Below are positions 49,101 through 61,100 of a stretch of DNA of 64,000 nt, in pieces. The DNA lies in NCBI RefSeq assembly GCF_036971445.1, contig NC_091472.1, positions 306,776,001 to 306,840,000 on the forward strand, in the 5' to 3' direction. The DNA comes from Narcine bancroftii (taxonomy: Eukaryota). How positions within the stretch are numbered: the stretch's first letter is position 1; the number at the start of each line of letters is the position of its first letter. Under the pieces are notes generated by a model. It did no database searches and was not told the origin of the DNA. It saw nothing but the letters and a program-made list of their open reading frames with translations. The position numbers and the translations under genes were made by a program.

Positions 49101-52100
49101 CAGGTTCGGCCTCTTTAGGAGGAACCTGCTCTTACCTTCCCCCCCCCCCCCCAACCTCAGGGCGAATGGGGGTGACCTATTCAGTGCGGGAATACTGTGA
49201 GAAATTTGATATGGTCGACTCCAGCAGACAGAGTGCAGGTCTTTGGGAAATTTGCCATCCTGAGCCTTGTGCTCTCTGGCTCTCAGCAAAACTGGCTGCC
49301 TTTCTCTAATATATGAGTTTGGAAAAGATGCAATAGAGCAGGATAGAGGAGGTGCATTAAACCTTTGACTCACTTGGAAAGGCTGTTCATGGATGGTGGT
49401 GAAAGAGGGTTTGAAGGGATTTCCATCCAAACTGAACCCACTTGCCTGTGTCTCCTCTGCCTTATCCTATGAATAACACCATTGAAGAACTGCTTGCGTT
49501 TCTCCCAGACAGGCTCAACCCCAACAACGTGAACATTGATTTTTGGGTACCCTTTCCCCTCCCCTCTGTCTGGTTTTCCTGTATTCTGTTCTCACTTTTT
49601 CTCTTTGACTGGTTCTCTTCCTCCAGCTGCCTCTGCACTTTTCCCCTCCTTGTTCTTACTTCATATCATCCCTTCCTACTCTGAATAAAGGACCATGACA
49701 CTGATGGTACCTGACCTGGTTAGCCCTTCCATATTTCTTTGCTCAGTATTTCCATTTCTCAAAAGAGGTGTGTTCTAAGGAGATAATGCTGGAATCTGGA
49801 GCAATCTACTGCTATCAACTTTCACCTTGCCCTCAAATTTATTTGACTATCTCTGACCTATCTTATTTTTCTGCATCTCCCTGTCCATCTGTGGAGACAA
49901 ACTATCCACTGATATCTACTGATGCCCACTTATTTCTAGCAACTACCTTGGCGACACCTCCTCCAACCCTGTCTCATGTAAGTGTGCCATCCCTTCCTCT
50001 GTTTCCTGGTCTCCTGGATCTGCTTTCAGGATGAAGCTTTGTGCTCTAGGACTTCTGAAATGTCCTTCTTCAGGAAATGTTACCTCCCATTCTATCCACT
50101 TCTCTCTGCCTAGAAAAACCGGTGGAGTTCCCTAGGTTGTCAGCTCCCAACCCGCTAGCCCTCCACATCTTTCCTGTGAGCTGCTGTGGGATCCCAACAC
50201 CAGTCATATTTTCCTCTCTCTCTCCCTGGCCCTGTTTTCACTTGCCGCGGGAATCGCATTCTTTGTGACTCAGTAATCTGCTCATCTCTTCCCCTTCAGC
50301 CCTCTCTGTCCCCTGGTATTCTCCCTGCAATTGTGGGAGGTGATAGAGATGAACAGTGTGGGAAAGTATCCTTTGGCCCCAATTCATCCATGCTGATCAT
50401 GTTTAACTGAGCTAGTCCCATTTGGCTCAAACCTCCAAACCTTTGCCCGTACCTATCCAAATATTTTAAAAACATTGTAATTATACCCAACCCTTTATAT
50501 GTTCCACATATTCACCACCTTTTGCATAGGGTGGGGGGGGGGGGGGGGGGCGGAGTTCCTCCTCAATACCTTTTAAATAATTTTCCTCTCACTTTAGAAC
50601 CATCTCCTACTCCTATCCTGGGTAAAAGACTGATGATTTAACTTGTGCAGGCACCTTGGGATTTTTTTAAAAAATTTAGGGTTTTAGGTTACAGCCCTCA
50701 TATGCACCAGCCTATTGAGACTTTCCTTATCACTCAAATAATCCAGTTCCTAGTGATATCCTTGTGAATCTTTTCTGTGTGCTTTCCAGCTTAATAGCAT
50801 CTTTACTATAGCTAGATGATCTTGCGTGCACACAGTATTCCAAATGTGATTTCACCAGTATAATTCGCAGGTAAAATGATACCATTATGTCCCAGCTCCT
50901 GTATTCAATTCCCTGACCAATGCAGGGAACATGGTAATGTTGTCTTCACCACCCTTTACTTGAAATGAGGAAGTCTTCAGAAGGGAACAGTTGGTCTCTG
51001 TCAATTGCTTGTTGTTTTATGCAAATTTGTCAGAACCACAATGTTCAGAAATTGCAGAAAGTATACCTGGTTTCAGTTTGGTTGGAAATCCCTTCAAACC
51101 CTCTTTCACCACCATCCATGAACAGCCTTCCCAGGTGAGTCAAAGGTTTAATGCATCTCCTCTAACCTGGTCTATTGCATCGTTTCCAAACTCAAATATT
51201 AGAGGAAGGCAGCCAGTTTTGCAGAGAGCCAGTTTTGCAGCATCCATTGGAGGTAAAGATGTTCAACCGAATTTTCTAACCTGAGCTATACCTCAAGGTA
51301 TGAATGAAAATAAATAAGCACTTGAATTTTAAAGCTGGGGAAAGAAAGAGGGAAGAATGGGAGGGGGAGGAATACAGACCAATGGAAAAAAGGTATTGTG
51401 GATCCAAAAAATTGGATATTGTGGGAGGTGTGGCCACAAGTGGAGCATCTCCTGCGGTCACCGGGGTAGGTGCTAAGGGGGGTGATTGGTGAGGAGGGAG
51501 AAGTGAATGAGGATGTTACACCCCCTCCCTCACCACCATTCAGAGCCCCAGACGGTCATTCCAAGTGAAGCAACCGATGCTCCTGTTATGGTCTCCTCTT
51601 CATCAGAGAGACCAGGAGATCGCTTCATTGAGCACCTCAGCTCTGTCCAATGCAATAACGTAGATCTTCCAGTTGCCACCCATTTCATTTCCTTGTCCTA
51701 TTTCCTTGCTGACATGTCTGGTCTGCATTGCCAGACTGAGACTACCTATAAATTAAAGGAACAACACCTCGTCTTCCATCTAGGTACACTCCAACCGGAT
51801 GTCATTAATATCAACTTCAATTTCTGTTATATACTCAACTTCTTTCCCTTTTCTCTAGCTCAGTCTCTCTCTTTTAACTTTTCTCTCCATCTCCTTTCAC
51901 AGAGACAAAATCGATTCTGACCTTGACTCAATTAACACCTTTTGTCTGTTGGTCTGTACTCCTCCCCTTCCCATTCTTCCCCCTTTCCCCAGCCTTTAAT
52001 TTGGACGTGTTTATTTTTACTCACGCCTTGAGGAAGGGCGAGAACATAATAACAATTACAGTACAGAAACGAGCCACTCGAGTCCTCACTGATTTTAAGT

Positions 52101-55100
52101 GACCAGTAGAGTTCCTCCAGCATTTCTGTGTTTTGATTACAATCTGTGTTGCAGACTTTTATGTTTCATTCTATTGCATCTGGTGCTTCCTCTACTTCCA
52201 CAAGATCAAATGTAGATGACATAACCATTTTACGGAGCATCTGCACGGTCTGCAGTGGCCATCTTGTGCTTCTGGTTGAGGTCCATATTAACATGTCCAT
52301 CCTCTGCCTCCTCCACTGCCATGTGAAGGCCAACCACAAGAACAGCATCTTTTCTGATAGATGGCCTACAATGCTATGAAAATTGTATTTTCCAATTTTA
52401 GCTAACACTCAATCCCTGTGTTCCTTTCCCACTCTGGTAGCATAGGTTCTCTGGCCCTTTATTTACCTGCCAACCTTCAGCCCCCACTGTTACTAAGACA
52501 CCCCCACCTGGTTCCATCTGCACATCACCCACATGTCTGCCTACATGCTATCTATTGTTCTGCTCCTTTGGTTTGCCTTTCTTTCCCCTTTCCTTCCTGG
52601 TTCCATCTGCCCAATGTTATCCCTGGTCTGTTACCTTTTTCCACCAATCCTCCCATTCCTCTCTCAACACTTTCCCCTCCGATTCTTCCATCTTCCATCT
52701 GCCCATCATTCTCCCTCTTGTTAGTGTAACAGTTAATCCAATGGCCCAGGATTGAATCTGGCGCTGTCTGGAAGGAGTTTGTGTGCTCTCTCAGTGACCT
52801 GTGTGGGTTTCCTCCAGGTGATCTGGTTTCCTCCCACTCTCCAAAGATGTAGAGAGTTTGTAGGCTAATTGGTGTATTTGGGTGACAAGGGCTCATGGGC
52901 ATGTTACCCTACTGTATCTCTGAAATAAAATAAATGCCCCAAATGTGTTTCATTCATTCCTGTTACTTCTATTCTATGGCTATCATCCCTCTACACCAGG
53001 GTGGCCAACCCTTTACAATCCATTCGTCAATGTTTTCATGCATGGGCTCAGATGTGCCATACAACTCTTGTACCCTCCCCCCCCCATTCAAATCTTATTA
53101 AAAAATGTTAGTATAGACAAATTTAGCATTATTATATAATGTATTGATTTAATATAAAAACAAGATAAACATTACTTACCTTAATGAAGCTTTTGAGTCT
53201 GTTTTGATTTCACCAAGTTTTTAAGTTTGGTGTTAAATTACTTAGAGCAGCAGAGAAGTCTTAAAATTTGAATTGATCAATCGTGACCTCACTTTGTTTT
53301 TAATTAATTTCAAGGCTGAAAATGCTTGTTCACATCTGTACGTCATTCCAAAACTACGCATTTAACTCTGGGCAAATTTTCTTAGTTCTGGAAAATGTTC
53401 ACAGGGTAATGATCACCAGAAATTAATCTTGTTAGAAGTATTTGGGGCTCGGAGAAGCTCATCAATTTCATGTTCAATAATGAATTTATTTCCAAGACAA
53501 TAGGTTCCATTGTAGGTTACTAGGCATCTTCATGAATTTTTGTTCACTGAGAGAAACCGGGTTTATAAATGCAAGAATGCAGTTGTCATCTTTAGCAAAA
53601 TCACGAAAATGACTCTTGCAATAACCTGATTTTTTTCAATATATTTTGTAAAATTGCCATTATCTTCAGCACATTGACTCTGCTCTTTTAAGTATGGAAA
53701 CTGGCTCAAAATGTTCTGAGATGAACAGTTTTAACTTCATCTTGAATTCATTGATATCATTTACTAAACAATTTGTTCTTGCCCAGGAGTTTCAAATTTA
53801 GATAATTGAGATGGCTGGTAACATCAAGTAAAATGCTAAATCAAATAGCCAATTGTTACCGCATAAAAGGGTCTTTCCTCAGGCAGCTCATTTTTCCTTT
53901 CTAGAAAATTATGAACAGTATGTTTCAGTTTCAAAAATCTACTCGGAACTTGTGCTCTAGAAAGCCAGCGCACATCAATGAAGGATGAGATTGCCATATT
54001 CCAAATCTAACATTTCACAATATTCTCTGAATTCTCATCTGTTTAATCCTCTTGCTCTAATTTTGTTCACACATTTCACAACCAGTACTGCAAATTTAAA
54101 GTTGTTCCCACAGTGACTCTTGGTGTATAAAGCAGTGATATTTTAATAGATAACAGCCTCAAATTTTTTCAAGCAAAGTGTAGTCCCAGTGGCTTTATCT
54201 ATCATTGATAGTGCTCTGTCAGTACAAATGCCAGTGAGTTTACTAGAATCTAAGTTTGGGTTTTCTCGGCATAATTTTACTTTGTCAAATATGTCTGATC
54301 CTCTTGTTTTACTATGCAGCAACTCAAGGCTGATCAGTTCTTCAAAAACACTAAAATTATCAATTCCTCATAAAAATGGTTAACTGGGCAACAACAAATG
54401 TCAGCAGATTCACCCAAAGCTAAAGAAAAGAAAATACAAGCATGGACAAGGTCTTTCAGTTGCTCAGATACAACATGAGAAAGTTCTTCGTTGTGTTTTG
54501 TAACTTTGAGGATTCCCGGAATGCATGGGCTAACGTTCGAGGAGCGTTTGGCAGCTCTTGGGTTTTATTCATCGGACTTGTCAGCCACAAACGAGCCTGC
54601 AGCTGACGTGGACATTACCCCTCCACAAGTCTTCGACCGTGAAGCCAAGCCAAAGAAAGAAAAAAAATAGGAGAATGAGAGGTGATCTCATAGAGGCATT
54701 TCATATTTTGAAAGATTCAGGTAGGGTGGATGTGGGTAAGATGTTTCCCTTGGTGGGTGAATCGAAGACAAGGGGATCATAGTCTGAAAATTAGAGGTTA
54801 TCCATATAAAACACAGATTATGAAGAACTTCTTTAGCCAGAGGGTCGTGGATCTGTGGAACTCACTGCCGCATGCAGCAGTGGAAGCCAGATCACTGGGA
54901 GTATTTAAACAAGAAATAGACAAATATCTCATTAGTGAGGGCATCAAGGGATATGGGGAAAAGGCCGGAAATTGGAACTAGTGTAGAGTAGCTTAGTATA
55001 GATTTACGGAACAGACTCGATGGGCCTAGTGGCCGCTTCTGTTCCTTTGCCTTGTGATTTGCTATAAATAGGAACTCATTTCCCACCGTTCATTGAGTTC

Positions 55101-58100
55101 ATACTTACTATCACTTTCTGCTTTTGCGATGAGGACCTGAATGTAAAAACAAGGCTTAATTTTCAAAAAAATACAAAACTGCAAATGTTCAGAAAGGACA
55201 AACAAAATACAGCTTTGTGGTGCACAGGTGTCGATTGTAAACTGACTGGCAAAAACCTGCGATGCACTGCTGGTGCAGACGCCTGGCCCCTCAGGATCAA
55301 ACAGGCATCAAATGTGTATTGGACGGTTATGGAATGACTGCAGAACAAAAGTCCTCCTTTCCTAGTTTGACTCATTAATCCGATTTCAATTAAAAAAAAT
55401 TGTTCAATGTGAACGAAGATAACATTTGCCAAAAGATGTGCACGAAATAATAAATATGCCAAAAATAATTGCGAAGGTTTAGATTTATTCTCAGTAAAAC
55501 CCATTTCTAGCTCTAAACTACTTGAATTCCTGTTAGATTTTTTTTCTACAAATGGGTTTTTGGTTAATACTTTTTGCATGAGTAGGCTTATTTTTTTAAA
55601 AATTATCACTGGGGCGCAATGCGCCACTTTTGGTGCATGCACCATCGCTTGGCCATCCCTGCTCTACACTTTTCAGTACAGATCCTGTGAAAATCAGTTT
55701 TTCAAAGAATTGGTTGTGATTTTGCATTTCAATTGTTATTTCTTTCTTAGGTTGGCAGCCTCGTTGGTTCATGCTCGATAATGGAATACTTTCTTATTAT
55801 GATTCCCAGGATGATGTTAACAAAGGCAGCAAAGGGAGTATCAAAATGGCTGTTTGTGAAATTAAAGGCAAGTATAAAACACTTCTAATGTCAAATTAGT
55901 TGTTAGTTAATTTGATATTTCTTTCTATGTTCTGAAAACCTTGAAACCGTCAGCATTGTTAAAATCATTAGTTTAAATGTTCCATCAAGGCATTGATTTT
56001 ATTCTCCAAGAAGATCGAAATGATTACTGTTTTGTAAAAATTAGCAATATTTTTATGAGAATGTAAGTAGGTGTAGTTTATTGTAGGATCACTTCATCGT
56101 TTGTTCTTCTTTTAAAAACAGTACATTCAACAGATAACACACGAATGGAGCTGATTATTCCCGGTGAGCAACATTTCTATGTGAAATCAGTCAATGCTGC
56201 TGAGAGGCAGAGGTGGTTGGTGGCACTAGGGAGTTCAAAAGCATGTCTTACAGATACCAGGACTAAAAAAGAAAAAGGTAACATGAAATGCAAGCAAGAT
56301 TTTGTAACATGCATTAAGGAAATTGAAAGCTACTTGATTTAACTCTTAAATCAATGCTTGAAATTTTCTTTTTATTTACGGTCATCATTTTGTATAACTT
56401 AGTATTTTCCATTACAAAATTAAACCATATGAGATATTTGGAAACCCTTTGATATTTATGCCAGTCTACAATTAAAGATGTTGACCCAGAAAATAAATGT
56501 AACTATTATATTGTTGGTAAATCAAAGTGTATTTAATGTACTAAAATAATTCATTTTGTAAAGTGAATATGGGTTCAGAAGATAATTATCAAACTAATAC
56601 TGGTGTTGATCCTTATCAGATGATTCTGGTTATAAACTACATGTTGATGAATTTTCATGTGTAGATACTAATATACATAATTCATAAGTGTAAATTGTGT
56701 TATTTGAATTCTGCAGAAATCAGTGAAACCAACGAATCTCTCAAAACTAAGATGTCAGAACTTCGGTTGTATTGTGACTTATTAATGCAGCAAGTTCATA
56801 CAATACAAGAGTCTGTTAAACAAGGTCAGCCAAGTTTGACACCATCTGCTGAGGTACAGTATCAGAATATATTGAAGTGAATACATCGAATTTTGTATAT
56901 AGACTGCTAGGTTTCTCTCTGCTTTAACTAAATCGTCTTGGTGATTTAGGAAAGTAGATTGAAATTAAACCGGGAAACAGACTATTTGTCTTTCATCCTG
57001 GGGGAATAAAATGTTCTGATATGTATTCACCCTATACACATATTCCTTTAAGCATCTATCCAACGTAGTTTTGAATAATGGCATTGTTTCTACCTTTGAT
57101 TATGAAAGCTTTGCTCTATCTGTATCAACATTATGCAAAGTGTAGTCAACTCTATTCTCTTTAGTTGATTAAGTGATTCAGTGGTCAAGAGGACAGATAG
57201 GGGATTCTATGGATACGATAAAGAAAACTGGATGGTGGTTTGCCTCTCTGGTGCCAGACACCGGGATGTGTCAAAGACATCCTAAGGGAGGAAGGTAATG
57301 AGTCAGAGGTCGTGGTACATGCTGGTGCCAATGACCTAGGGAGGAAGAGTGAAGTGGTCATACAAAATGAATATAGGGAATTGGGTAGGGAGCTAAAAAG
57401 GACTACAAAGGGGAGTAATCTCTGGATTACTTCCTGTGCCACGTGACAGTGAGGGCAAGAATCGTATCAGGTGGAGGATGAATGTGTGGTTCAAGGGGTG
57501 GAGTATGGGGCAGGGATTAGAGTTCTTGGATCCCTTTTTTGGGGGGAGGTGGGACCTGTACCGAACGGATGGGTTGCATCTGAATCCCAGAGGGATCAGG
57601 ACTCTGGTGGGGCATTTGATAAGGCTACTAAGGGGGCTTTAAACTAGTGTGGTTGGGGGAAGGGATCCATATAAAGTAGAACAGCATAGAGAAGGCTTGT
57701 AGACAAAGTTTGGGGGTGGAAAGACATGATTGAGAAAGTAAAGGATTGATTCAGTGATGGAGGACGGATGATGGTAATAAATAAGTTGTCTGTAAACATG
57801 GGGAGAAATGGAAAGATGTGGGAAATCTCTGAAATGCATTTACTTTAATGCTAGGAGTATTGTAAGGAAGGTGGACGAGCTGAAGGAGTGGATAAACATG
57901 GCAGTATGATGTGGTGGCAATTAGTGAGACCTGGTTGCAGGCGGGATGTGACGAGCAGCTAAATATTCTGGGATCTTGCTGCTTTAGGTGTGATAGAATT
58001 GGAGGGGTAAAGGGGGGGCGTGGCATTGCTTGTCAGGGAAAATATTACAGCGGTCCTGATGCGAGATAGATTGGAGGGCTCGTCAAGGGAGGCGGTTATG

Positions 58101-61100
58101 GGTGGAATTAAAAAATGGAAAAGGAGAAATTACAATTATAGGGGTGTATTATAGACCTCCTAGAGGGGAGCGAGAAATAGAAGAGCAAGTGTGTAAGGAA
58201 ATAACAGAGATTTGTAATGAGCACAGGGTTGTGTTAGTGGGGGATTTTAATTTTCCTAATATAGATTGGGAAGCACATTCTGTGAAGGGGCTGGATGGAT
58301 TAGAATTTGTAAAATGTGTGCAGGATAGTATTTTGAAGCAACATATTGAGGTACCCACTAGAGAAGGGGGAGTATTGGATCTAGTGTTGGGGAATGAGAT
58401 AGGGCAGGTGACTGAGGTGTGTGTTGGGGAGCACTTCTGATCCAGCGATGATGGTACCATTACTCTCAATGTAATTATTGAAAGGGGTCTGTTCCAAAGA
58501 TTAAGGTGTTTAAGTGGGGGAAAGCCAGATTTGAAGAAATGAGAAGGGATTTGCAAGGAGTGGTTTGGGCTGATTTGTTTTATGGGAAGGAGGTAGAGGA
58601 AAATTGGAGGGCATTTAAAGGAGAGATTTTGCGGGTGCAGAATCTTTATGTTACTGTTAAGGATAAAAGGCAGAGCCAAAAGTTCAAGAGAGCCGTGGTT
58701 TTCAAGGAAGATTAGAAGGTTGGTTCGAGTTTAAAAAGGAAGCCTACATTAAATATAAGAAACAAGGTAAAATGAGATGCTTGGAAAATACATGGATTGT
58801 AAAAGGAAGCTGAAGAAAGAAATTAGGAAAGCGAAAAGAAGGTATGAGTTGGCTATAGCGAACAGGGTAAAAGTAAATTCAGTGTTTTTACAAATGTGTA
58901 AATAGCAAAAGGTACATGGATGTGAAGGGGTTGGAGGGTTATGGGCAGGGTGCAGGAAATGGGATTAGAGATCACTTAAATCTGTATGGACTAGAGGGGC
59001 CGAGATGGTCTGTTTCCGAAGTGTAATTGTTATATGGTTATTTAATTGATCCATAATTACATCCCCTTTTTAATGCTAATTGTTGCTTCCTATTTGTTGA
59101 TTTGCTGGCTTCGAACCTGCAAAATTGTGTGAAGGTATTGCTCTTTTAGTCAGGTTGTTGTATTTAGGGAATTCATTGATCTTAATAGTGTATCTATAAT
59201 TTGCTCGATGCATATTAATTTTATACAAATATACTTTTGTCTCTTAGAACATGAATGAAGCCTCCTCTTTGCTCAGTGCCACATGTAATACCTTCATTAC
59301 AACTCTTGAAGAGTGTATGAAAATAGCCAATGCCAAGTTTAAGCCAGAAATGTTCCAGTTTGCTCACTCTGATCTACTTGTCTCTCCTGTATCACCTTCA
59401 CCGGTTCAGATGGTTCGGGTATGTTCCTATTAAGAACAACAAATATGGCATTTACAATGCTTCCTTTTCCAGTTTTATCTTGTGTAATTTTTAATTGTCT
59501 TTTTGATGACTTGCACTTGATAATAATTTAAACTGGGATACAAGTTTAATAATTGATCATTTCTATTTCAACGTTACAGGTGAAGCGATCAATTAGTCAT
59601 CCTGGTAACATTCTTTATGATAGGTAAGCAAAAGAAATTTAATCTTGGTAATTTTTTAAAGTAGCCATCCTCAATGGGGGCCATAGCACATTTAAGAGAG
59701 GTCATGGACTGAAATCATAAAATATTTTATATATAACAGTTTACAGTGTGGAAACAGGCCATATCAGCCCTTCGAGTCTGCACTGGTTCCCACTCCCCGC
59801 CCATAACCCTCCAACCCCCTCATATCCATGTACATATCCAACCTTCTCTTAAATGACAGAAAGGACCCTGCTGCAACTATCTCCTCTGCCACCACCCTCT
59901 AACATTTCTCCTAAAGTTTTGCCCCCTTACCTTAACTTATGCCCTCTTGTTCCAACCTCCCCTGCCCTCAGGGGAAAGAGTCTACTCGTGTCTAGTCTAT
60001 CTATTTCCTTCATATTTTTAAATATCTCTATCAAATCCTTTCTCAACTGTCTTAAGTTCCATTGAATAAAGTCCCAGTCTCCTTAATCTTTCTCTACTCT
60101 AGATGTTGTAAGCCAGGCAACATCCTTGTAAATCTTGTCTGCATCTTCTCCACCTTATCTATATCCTTCCTATAATTTGGAGACCAGAACTGAACACAAT
60201 ACTCCAAACTATGATTTATGAAGGCCAGCATACCATATGCCTTCTTAACCAACTTGTCTACATGGGAATCCACCTTCAAGGAACTCTGTACCATAACTCC
60301 AAGATCCCTCTGTTCCTCTGCATACCTCAATGCCCTCCCCTTAACTGTATATGTCCTATTTTGATTATTTGTTCTGAATTGCAGCACTTGTCTACATTAA
60401 ATTTCATCTGTCATCTTTCAGCCCACTTTTCCAAGCAAACCAAATCCTTCTGTAATACAAGGAAACCTTCCTCACTATCCACCACTCCTCCCTCTTTTCG
60501 TATTGTCGGCATATTTGCTTTACCTAGTTAACGACCCCCTCCTCCAAATCATTAATATAAATGATAACAGGGGACCCAGCACCAATCCCTGAGGCACACC
60601 GCTCATCCCAGGCTTCCATCCTGACAGATAGTTGTCCACCATGAGTCTCTGCTGTCTATCTCCCAGCCACCTCTGAACCTATCTCACTATCTCTCTATTA
60701 ATCTCTAGTGACTGAACCTTCCTTACTAACCTTGCATGCGGAACCTTGTCAAAAGCCTTAATAAAATCCAAATAGATCACGTCAACTGCCCTACCGTCAT
60801 CCACTTTTCTTCTTACCTCTTCAAAAAACTTAACAAGATTCGTCAAACATGACTTTCCCTTCACAAACCCATGCTGGGTGCCCCTGATCAATCTCTGCCT
60901 ATCCAGATATTTGTACATCCTATTTCTAAGAATACCCTCCATAACTTTCCCCACCACTGGTCAAACTTACTGGCCAATAATTACTTGGCCTGCACCTTGT
61001 GCCTTTTTAAACAATGGAGCTACATTTGGAGCCCTCCAATCCCGCGGCACCACACCTTCCTCCAGTGATCGTTGAAAAATCACTGTCAGAGCCCCGCTAT

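Noticed and set aside
43065-49170. CRISPR-like look (palindromic repeats with variable spacers)
   Set aside because: Spacers are only poly-C, there are no cas genes, and the array is in a vertebrate intron; it is a minisatellite
43065-49170. Interstitial telomeric repeat (TAGGGT/TTAGG motifs) and proline-rich ORFs in the array
   Set aside because: No tandem (TTAGGG)n; the ORFs are by-products of poly-C tracts and change frame with tract length
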